Positions 1 to 9,224 of a DNA stretch of 64,000 nt are shown piece after piece. Source of the DNA: Phaeosaccion multiseriatum. Lineage: Eukaryota > Protista > Ochrophyta, other classes. The position numbers and the translations under genes are program-made. Within the stretch, counting starts at the first letter, position 1. Each line of letters opens with the position of its first letter. Below the pieces are notes generated by a model. That model was not told the DNA's origin. It worked only from the letters and a program-made list of their open reading frames with translations, and made no database searches. The stretch covers positions 2,170,001-2,234,000 of the forward strand of contig OZ218960.1 of NCBI GenBank assembly GCA_965112735.1. The letters run 5' to 3'.

Positions 1-441
1 GAGTGAACGGCGTTGAGGAGGGGGGAGGGGATTACTTTGCGTGACTGGAAAGGGTGGGAGGATTGGGTCGGGAGGGGTGTTATCAAGGGCAGGTATACAA
101 GCGGACAGAAGAGGGTATGGGGGCTCTGCTGCTGTGGAACTCGCAAGAAAAGAGAAGGCTCGGAGTTGAGGTCCACTGGCGGCTGGTGGCGCGAAAGTGG
201 GGATGTCTAGGCTCTCGCTCTCGCAGGGCCTTGGGGGATGAGGAAATCACGTATTGAGAGCGAGCCCCTTCTCCAGGAGAAGGCAACGCAAAACTAACAT
301 GACACGCGGGCAGCGCGGTTGATTTCGTTCGTGGAGGGAAGAGGGGCAACGTAAGACTGACTGCCTGACTAAATTGGCTAACCTTTTCCCTTTTCCCTCT
401 CTCTTCTGCTTGCCAAACTCTCTTTCGCCTTCCGAATACAG

Positions 442-714
442 ACGAAGGGAACATCGAGTTTCGGTAAGCGCCACACCAAGACTCACACGGCGTGCAGGCG
501 ATGTGGACGCACGTCTTTCCATAAACAGAAGAAGATATGCTCTTACTGCGGGTACCCTGGGGCCAAAATGCGTCGGTTCAACTGGAGTGAGAAGGCGAAG
601 CGCCGTAACACTGAGGGCACTGGACGTATGCGTCACTTGAAGACTATGCCCCGTCGCTTCAAGAATGGTTTCCACGAGGGAAAGACCGCAACGAAGGTGG
701 TGAAGAGCACATGA
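442..714 (+). CDS. RPL37: 60S ribosomal protein eL37, second exon (ATG exon probably just upstream of the window)
   Basis: After a pyrimidine tract and ...tacag acceptor the frame reads [77 protein letters not shown]...*, the eL37 C2-C2 zinc finger. The window begins 'gagtga', compatible with a gtgagt donor cut at the edge (inference). Confidence 0.95.
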   Translation, partial: TKGTSSFGKRHTKTHTACRRCGRTSFHKQKKICSYCGYPGAKMRRFNWSEKAKRRNTEGTGRMRHLKTMPRRFKNGFHEGKTATKVVKST

Positions 715-1103
715 TTTTCCGTCCGAACCATTCTGCTCTAGGAGGAGAAGGAGAAGGGGGGGGGAGGAGATAACCAATTCAAAGCTCGAATATCACCAAG
801 GACAAATTTTCTGGCTCTTCCCCTGGAGGGCAAAGAAGAGCGAAGGCATGTGTTTCGTCAGCGTGTGGGACAGCTGCCGTGCGCAACGAAACTCGAAGGA
901 GGGAGCTGGGGGAGGGATGTGGACAGTGTGATGACCGCACAAGACGGAGGCATGGTTCAGCCGCTCAATCATCAATCAAAGCGGCTCACAACGCTAGTGG
1001 CGGTGCGGTGGACTGAGTGGTCTCTCATTTAGAGGGGTTGATGCTACCAAAACTGCCTACCTACTGGGAGGAGCGCCTCTTCTCCCCTTTCGTGTCTGTT
1101 TCA

Positions 1104-1225
1104 ACGTGGAGCAATCAGTCAGCGTGCTGCCAATCAGCGGCAGCCCCCAGTCAGGGAGCGCATGACGTGGAGCAATCAGTCAGCGTGCTGCCAATCAGCG
1201 GCAGCCCCCAGTCAGGGAGCGCATG
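1104..1225. repeat. Perfect 61-bp tandem duplication
   Basis: acgtggagcaatcagtcagcgtgctgccaatcagcggcagcccccagtcagggagcgcatg occurs at 1104-1164 and 1165-1225. Confidence 0.95.
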
Positions 1226-4011
1226 CTACTCTCCTCCATGCCTGTGTGTCCCTACCGTACCGTCTGCCAAACTCCTTCTCTCGGGTAGATGAAGGCACGT
1301 TAGGGCCGCCCTCCATGCCGGAAAGGTCTCCCCACTTCCCCTCTGATATCGTATCCTTCCTTCTCCGGAGGGCATCTTCTCCCTTGCGCCCCGCGCTTCT
1401 CCATTAACTGCCCCCCTGCCTGCGAGAAACACTGTCTTGGCAAAGGCGGGCTCGATCCAAACCCGGTGCCTATCGAGAGGTCTCCTCCCTTGAAGTTGGG
1501 GGGGGAACTATTCATTGAAAATGTGCCGCCAGGAGAGCCGCGGAAACGATTAGCGTCTCCAACGGAGTGCCGCCCTCCCCGTATACATGCTCCACCCCCA
1601 ACCCCCTTCGCGCCCCCCACCCATGTCCTCCATGCGCCGCATGCGCACCGCCCAGCCCCAACGCCCCCTGTCCTGCTCCGATCTTTGTCTTCGGTTCTTG
1701 AGGAATCCACCCACAGCAGAGGACCGTCCCTGTCTCCTCTCACCAGCAGCTTCCTCAATGGGGGCAGTGGTGGAATCCAGGAGGGGATTTTCCGGCACGC
1801 ATAGCCATCCCATCCTCGCGGTTCTCCTGTGGATGGCGGGGGAGAAGAGAGAGAGCAAGGGGGAGGTGGCGGGCACCACTTGCTGCGATCCTACACCCTG
1901 CCCAGCATATGCCCCCCTGCCACTGATCCAAGAGGGGTGGAGCCTGTTCAATCCCCATTTGCTCATGATTGCTCCTGTGGATCTCTTCTCTTCTTCTGGG
2001 GCTGCTGCTCAGATCCGCTGGCCTCGTTCTCTCGTCACCTCTCCCCCGTCCTTAGGCTAGCTACCAAGGGGGCGGAAGAACCACCGAGGAGCCCTCTCCT
2101 GCGGTCATCGCTCTCTCGTCACTCACAATTGCGCTGTCTGCAAACGACCTCAATGCGCGCACCCCCCCCTCCCCCTGGCAGCTGCTGCTGCTGCTGCTGG
2201 TGCATGCGGCTGCACGATCATCGGTTCTATCTCCATATGGTTGCTACTCTCCGATGCGCTGCTCTCTGTTGGCCTTAGCTACGACTGATGCGCTGCTCTC
2301 CTCCCCTGCAGGTGAGCTTCTCTCTGCTCTTGGCTGTGAGCAGGTGGATACGGCCTCAGCGAGTCTCGGCCGCTGTCGCTGCTGGTGGTGCTGCTGGGGC
2401 TCTATTCTTGCTGACGCTGTGGCTCTGCCCTGTTGCCCCTCCTTTCAACTGTCTCCGTCTTACGTGCCCAGCAGTACAACAGTCAATTCGTCAAGGGTTA
2501 TCAGCGTCTCCAAAGTCTGCTGCTCTCCCTGCTGCGGCTGCTGCTGTCCGCTCGCTGCACCTTCCTCGCTGCTGCCAGTGGTGCTGCTGGGGCCTTCGAA
2601 GAAAGTCGTGTCCTCCAAAGCGACAGAAATGCTCGACACTACGATGCAAGGAAATTGATAGGCCTAGACAGCTGAAACTCTCACGTAGTGCCACGCACCC
2701 CTTCGCGAGAGGAGAGCCACCCTCGGGCAGGTGGCTACGCTAATCCCTCTTGGACAAACGTATGGTTCATCCAGACACGGGGGAAGCTGGGGCACCAACA
2801 AGCTCCAGAACGCATTTGCTGACATAAGTCACCACGGATCAGAGCGCTGAGGCCAGAGAACATCCCTCGCAAGTGAAGAGCCGAAAACTCCGGGCAATCG
2901 TTCTCTCTACGTGAAACTCGGCCACCACCGCGGCTGGCGGTAAAGAGCGGACCGAAACTCCAGCAGAAGCAGCTCGAGTTTGCACGCCAGCACAGGAGGG
3001 CCCCCACCTACACCAACCCGGCCCAAGCTGAGGGTCAAAGCGAGCCTGGGGCTGCCAAAAGACTCTTGGTAGAGCCGGCACCGGCCACGACCTCGAGTCC
3101 AATTGGCGAGCTGTTGAGTATAGACGTGCCGCCCGGGTGTGGCAGCAAAACGTATGGACTAGACCGCGGACCGAAGGAAGGGAGCCCGTAGCTCCAACGT
3201 CACCACGCCAAACAAAATGCAGCAAAGATAAGGGCCAAAACCCGTCTCGAGACAGCAGAAAACCCGAATGCCCCCAAGTTGCACTGTTGTACATGTACCA
3301 TTGTAGTACACCGCCGGAATAGCTGCTTGCGATTGGTGGTGGGCTCTCCGAAAGGGCGCAAATTTGGGGCACTAAAGCACCTTTTGCAGATGAATCCTTG
3401 ACGATCTGGCGTTCTCGCAATCGCGCCACTCGATAAAAATTGGGTCCCCATCGAGAGGCCTCCTCCGTAACCCTTAAGTCCGTCCATGGCGGGGGTAAGC
3501 TTTCATTTAGAATGTGGCCCCAGTGAAGCCCATCCCTCGGAGGCGAACAACGTCTCCAACGAGTGCCGCCCTCGAGGGCGGACACGGGGTTTATAGATGT
3601 AGCGGTGATTGAGGAGCCGACAAGCTCAGCCCCGCAATTCCCGCTTCATGCCCATCCATCCAGAGCACCAACAGCGTTAATACGCCGCCCAATGACCCAT
3701 GAATCGTCCGATAGACGCTGAAAATCTGTGGCGGAAGTCCACCGACCCAGAACTGCGACGCGCGCCAACCAGCCCTGCTGTCAATGCAGTCGCACCTCCG
3801 CGACGTGCGAGAATGAGTCTCTGCCTTGAGAGGCACTGACCTGGTTGGTGCGAGGTGGCACACTCCCCGCCTTCTCGTGGCAATCCTACGAGGCCAGCAG
3901 CGGGTGTCCTCCGCCCCCCCCCTCACAATCCATAACACCACACTGGTGAAGTGCAAGGTTCCTTGCGTCAGCTACACTCTTCTTTCCACGACGCGATAGA
4001 AGTGCCTCTAA

Positions 4012-4080
4012 ATGAGGCGTACGTTCCCCAACTGGCGGCAATCCGGATTCGAACGTGCCAAGCACCTTTGAGACTCCACA
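4012..4080. repeat. Orphan LTR end, same family as the 6462-9224 element
   Basis: atgaggcgtacgttccccaactggcggcaatccggattcgaacgtgccaagcacctttgagactccaca matches 6598-6666 almost exactly and ends at the same CA. Confidence 0.85.
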
Positions 4081-4630
4081 CAATCGACCAAAAAAGTCAT
4101 GGAAGTGAGGTGGTTTCCCCCTTCCCGCCGCGTCATATGCGCATTGCCACCCACCCCCGCCCCTCGCGCCACTCCTGCTGTCGTCGGGCAAGTCGGTGGC
4201 TGTCGTAGAGCTCACACGTGCTCAACAACCCTTCGTACCAACACACCTGGCTGGGGCGGTAGGGGAGAAGAGGGGGAGGACAGAAAGTAGAAAATATATC
4301 ACATGCTGACCTCCTTCCTGACTCTTGGCGGGCCAGGGTCTCTTCCCCTTTTCCTCTCGGACAGTGGGAGGGGCGGTTCAGTGAGGCCGTGTGGGGGCAA
4401 AGGGATGAGGCCGTGTAGGGGGCAAAGGGAAGTGACAAGGCCGTGCAGGAGGAAAAAGTGATCAGGACAAGGACACACCGGACATGGAGGCAAGTGTAAG
4501 GACAAGGAGGGCAAAAACTATCTACACACCCTCCAGTACGCACATCTCATCTGTCTTGGTATTTTTTTTTTTTTTTTCCGGGAAGGGTTGTCACTGCCCT
4601 TGGCTCGGAGGCTAACACTGCGCTTTCCAA

Positions 4631-5957
4631 TCGGCCCCAGACTGGCCTAGAAGCCTAGGCCTAGAGGGAGCCGCAGGCCCCCGGCCTAGGTCTATGTTTT
4701 GGCGCAGCCCCCCCGGCCTAGCTAGGCCTATCGACCCGGGACAAGATTACGGTGCTGCGCCGGCCGTAATCAGAAATCAGATAATCTTGTCCAGGGTCGA
4801 ATCCCTCCCTCCCTCCCTCCCTCCCTCCCTCCCTCCCTCCCTCCCTCCCTCCCTCCCTCCGTCCGTCCGTCCGTCCGTCCCTCCCTCCCTCCCTCCCTCC
4901 CTCCCTCCCTCCCTCCCTCCCTCCCTCCCTCCCTCCCTCCCTCCCTCCCTCCCTCCCTCCCTCCCTCCCTCCCTCCCTCCCTCCCTCCCTCCCTCCCTCC
5001 CTCCCTCGCTCCCTCCCTCCCTCCCTCCCTCCCTCCCTCCCTCCCTCCCTCCCTCCCTCCCTCCCTCCCTCCCTCCCTCCCTCCCTCCCTCCCTCCCTCC
5101 CTCCCTCCCTCCCTCCCTCCCTCCCTCCCTCCCTCCCTCCCTCCCTCCCTCCCTCCCTCCCTCCCTCCCTCCCTCCCTCCCTCCCTCCCTCCCTCCCTCC
5201 CTCCCTCCCTCCCTCCCTCCCTCCCTCCCTCCCTCCCTCCCTCCCTCCCTCCCTCCCTCCCTCCCTCCCTCCCTCCCTCCCTCCCTCCCTCCCTCCCTCC
5301 CTCCCTCCCTCCCTCCCTCCCTCCCTCCCTCCCTCCCTCCCTCCCTCCCTCCCTCCCTCCCTCCCTCCCTCCCTCCCTCCCTCCCTCCCTCCCTCCCTCC
5401 CTCCCTCCCTCCCTCCCTCCCTCCCTCCCTCCCTCCCTCCCTCCCTCCCTCCCTCCCTCCCTCCCTCCCTCCCTCCCTCCCTCCCTCCCTCCCTCCCTCC
5501 CTCCCTCCCTCCCTCCCTCCCTCCCTCCCTCCCTCCCTCCCTCCCTCCCTCCCTCCCTCCCTCCCTCCCTCCCTCCCTCCCTCCCTCCCTCCCTCCCTCC
5601 CTCCCTCCCTCCCTCCCTCCCTCCCTCCCTCCCTCCCTCCCTCCCTCCCTCCCTCCCTCCCTCCCTCCCTCCCTCCCTCCCTCCCTCCCTCCCTCCCTCC
5701 CTCCCTCCCTCCCTCCCTCCCTCCCTCCCTCCCTCCCTCCCTCCCTCCCTCCCTCCCTCCCTCCCTCCCTCCCTCCCTCCCTCCCTCCCTCCCTCCCTCC
5801 CTCCCTCCCTGAGATGATCGACCCTGGACAAGATTACGGTGTGCGCCGGCCGTATTCAGTAATCATCAGATAGGTCGAGGCCTAGGCCTAGAACCGCCGG
5901 CCTAGGTAGAATAAATGCCGGCCTAGAGCATAGGCTTCTAGGCTAGTCTGGAGCCGA
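4631..5957 (+). mobile_element. Non-autonomous TIR element (MITE-like) carrying a 1-kb (CCCT)n tract
   Basis: Imperfect TIRs tcggccccagactggcctagaagccta / taggcttctaggctagtctggagccga; repeated ggcctagg subterminal motifs; flanks ttccaa / ctccaa are a possible degenerate TSD; a second family member ends at 41170. Confidence 0.75.
4803..5810. repeat. (CCCT)n microsatellite, about 1 kb
   Basis: Near-perfect tetranucleotide run with a few CCGT variants. Confidence 0.99.
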
Positions 5958-6461
5958 CTCCAAGTCGGTGAGAGCATGTAGTTCTTTCTCCCTTGATCTG
6001 GAAGCGTACAAAAGAGGAAACGATGAAAGCATGGCTTAATTTCATAGACCCACCGGCCTTCCCTATCACGTTCAGTATCTCCTCTCCTCCCTGCGTGGGC
6101 GCCATACCTGGTCTCATGCGTCCTTTAGTTGACTACAGAAGGAGAAGGAGAGAGAAGGAAAAAAATTGGAAAAGGAGGGAAGTATGCTCAACTTTTTTTC
6201 CCCCAACCCCCTTGGTTGAGCATATTGTGTCTGACCCAGGCAAAGCATGGCCATTTGCCGGCCAAGTGGGGCCTGGACAGGCCTCAAAACGCCCAATCTG
6301 GCTTTTGCTTGCCTGCAACTTTTGGCTGCACGACCCAGACCTTCTGTCTCGCTGGCGTCCTGGTCAGGAGTCTGGTCAGGAAGGACAATACCAGCTCCCT
6401 CTCGTGGATTGAGAACCAGGACGCTGCCAACAGTGACATTCTCCAATGGTAGGCCTCTTGG

Positions 6462-9224
6462 TGAGCCACCTAGGATGTGGGACAAACCACACACCCCAGA
6501 CAACCAACAAGCAGGAGTTTTTCCTCCTTTGAGTGTGTATTATAGCTTTCCTCCTATCTCTCTCTTATCTATCCTCCTCCTGCGACATGCCGTTCATATG
6601 AGGCGTACGTTCCCCAACTGGCGGCAATCCGGATTCGAACATGCCAAGCACCTTTGAGACTCCACAACTTTCCCCCACCCAAGACCGAGGCCAACCAGCC
6701 AAGGACTGAGAAAACTGTGAGGCGAAAAGGAGCAGTTCACACACAAACCTCTAATAGAACTATAGCAAAACAATGGGGAAAGAAACAAAGTCCAAAACCC
6801 CAAGCATCCATCAGCAAGCAAAGCAACAAATCATCCATATTTCAAAGCGTAGCACCAACTTCTTCAGCAAACAAAAGAAAGTAACGGTGTGACACCAACA
6901 AGAAAAATGAGAACAACCACATACTAACCGACCCGTACCCGTTGTGCACACAGCGAGCTGAAGCATGAATACCGATCAATGCCAACCCCCCAAGTCGTAG
7001 GTAGCGCCAGCAGTGTTGCCTCCAAAAGAAAATCAAGCTCTCGAGCTCCAGAAGAGTTGATCAGACCCTTCGCAATAAGCAGCAGCAGCAGAAATAAACA
7101 GCAGCAGTAGCAGCAATCCCATCAATAAAGCAAACCAAATCCCAAATGCGTGCAGCGAATCCTCGTCTCAATGTGTGTCATCAAAGGACGGCAATACCTC
7201 CAAACAAAGCCGCAAGCAGAGCAGCATAATCCAATTTCCATAGCAAGCACCAAGTAACCAGCTCCAGCAGCATCCATGCGGCATAGACAGCGCGGAAACA
7301 CTGCGCAATCCGCTGGCAAGGCTAGCAGTAAAGCGCGTCCAATCCAGCAAATTCAAATTCTTTTTGGAATCACAGATCCAAAAATGTCCATATAACCAAC
7401 CCCTGTAGAAAAGCCGAAAATGCCCTCACAGAAGCACTCATGTTTTCCACTCCAAGCTCCTCGAACATCGACTCGTAGAAGCTATCCTTCAGCATACGCC
7501 GTACCAAGACCACTCCGCTGCGATTCCAATCGTCCGCCGCGAACTTCCGCTGTACCAGCTGAACAATACAACGAATGCAAAACACCTCGGTGCTGCGGTC
7601 CCGAAAAGCGAACAAGTCCAATATCTCAAGCTCTGCTGCACCAATCCATCGACCACCGAGCACGATAGCAAGAGGATAGTCCATCCCTACTGCCGCAAGT
7701 AAGTCGCGCAAGCACAGCAAACCACAAGCCCTTTTCTCTCCCATTGCCCACATTCACACCGCTCACGAGCCCCAACGCCGAAAAATCCATCACCTGCTCC
7801 TCTGCATCACAGGCAGGCCCCAAAATCCACACCAGAGCTGTTGTGAACGACCAAACGGCATGCCTCCGCCGTCCATGGCAGATAAGTAGCCACACTGCTC
7901 AAATGCCCCAATTTCCTTCAGCACCGGACGACGTGCATCTCCGCACACCCCGTAGATGGCCACCAAATGCTGCTGTACCTCCCGAAATGCAAACGCCGTA
8001 CACTCCCAATGCCGCCTTCCAATTCCCAATGCCTCCCTTGCATGCTGCGCCCCTCCTGTCGCCCATCGCTGCGCTGGTATGGCCACAGGTTCAATATCCG
8101 CTCCACACGCAAACTCAAGGCGCCAACCACCATCAAAGTGCTCCCCCGTTCCTTCCAACAGCCCGAATAGCTGCCTTCGTATCCATGCTGCCACCGCTGA
8201 CGCTTGTACTAACTGCCTTGCTGTTGCTGCTTGTCCTGAGAGCCCAATTGCACCACTGCTGCCGTCCTTCTCTCGCGCAAAAACTCTCCAGGGGCGAGGA
8301 AGATGAACACAATGCCACCTTCCGGCTATCCTTTTGCGACTAATGCACTCACTCCCACTACCCCCGCTGTCGGTGCTCCCGTGCGGCCCGTGTGCATCGA
8401 TAGTAGGCTGGGGCGAATCACTTATTGCTGTTGCTGTAGCGTTGCTGCTAAACTCCGCTTCTCCAAGCGGGGCTGTCTCTATGGTTATATCCGCTGCTCC
8501 AAGCGGTGCGTTCTCTATGGCTTTATCCGCTGCTCCAAGCGGTGCGTGCTCGATGGCGATTTCCGCTTCTTCAAGCGGGGCGTCGGCATGTTCTATGGCA
8601 ATTTCCGCTGCTCCAAGCGGGGCGTCGGCGTTCTCTACGGCTATTTCCGCGTCTCCAAGCGTGGCTTCCTCTCCCTCAATTTCCAAAATACTTCGCTCCA
8701 TTGCGATCCCCGCCCTCGTCCGCCTTAGACGGAGCGTAAAAGCTATTCATGTCCAGTGCCTCATCACAAGACAGCGATGCTGGCGTATCCCCATGCTGTG
8801 CTACTCTCTGCGAACACAAAGGCTTTCTTCGGTCCTCACGCAACAACTCTGCCTTTGTCTGTTGCATCCACTGTTCCACGAACTGCAAGACAGCGATGCA
8901 TCCACAATCCTTAGCTGGTCATCACTGCTACTAGGAGAATCCAATCCAGCCATCCTGCTGTGCAATCGCCACCATTCTAGTCTTTGTCTGCTACAGCCAC
9001 GCAACACCAACAAAAGGAAAATCCCTCATCTTCCACCAAGTTGAGCCACCTAGGATGTGGGACAAACCACACACCCCAGACAACCAACAAGCACGGGGGT
9101 TGTATCCTATGTTGTGATGCCAAAGTATAGAAGGGCAACACTACCCAATAGGCCAGTTGAATTATATTTATCCAACTGGCGGCAATCTGGATTCGAACAT
9201 GCCAAGCACCTTTGAGACTCCACA
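6462..9224 (-). mobile_element. Non-autonomous LTR retroelement (TRIM/LARD-like, about 2.76 kb)
   Basis: Direct repeats 6462-6666 and 9042-9224, both TG...CA. On the minus strand a PBS-like TGGTGGAAGATGAGGGAT (9038-9021) lies 3 nt after the 5' LTR, and a purine tract GGGTGGGGGAAA (6680-6669) lies before the 3' LTR. No gag/pol recognised and no TSD seen. Confidence 0.75.
7790..8701 (-). CDS. Hypothetical 303-aa ORF inside the LTR element, with acidic 12-14-aa repeats; possibly a pseudogene fragment
   Basis: ATG-started ORF with about six APLGAAEIAIE(H/N)-type repeats encoded by 36/42-bp units at about 8453-8662; same strand as the PBS and PPT. Confidence 0.35.
   Translation of the reverse strand: MERSILEIEGEEATLGDAEIAVENADAPLGAAEIAIEHADAPLEEAEIAIEHAPLGAADKAIENAPLGAADITIETAPLGEAEFSSNATATAISDSPQPTIDAHGPHGSTDSGGSGSECISRKRIAGRWHCVHLPRPWRVFAREKDGSSGAIGLSGQAATARQLVQASAVAAWIRRQLFGLLEGTGEHFDGGWRLEFACGADIEPVAIPAQRWATGGAQHAREALGIGRRHWECTAFAFREVQQHLVAIYGVCGDARRPVLKEIGAFEQCGYLSAMDGGGMPFGRSQQLWCGFWGLPVMQRSR

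Noticed and set aside
1300-3960. Possible minus-strand gene or decayed retroelement (e.g. 248-aa ORF 2839-3585, Q-rich stretch near 2460-2650)
   Set aside because: No recognisable domain and no consistent exon chain could be built by eye.
4694-5831. Long PPSL / GGRE ORFs (also 39466-40869)
   Set aside because: Translations of (CCCT)n/(AGGG)n microsatellites, which contain no stop codons.
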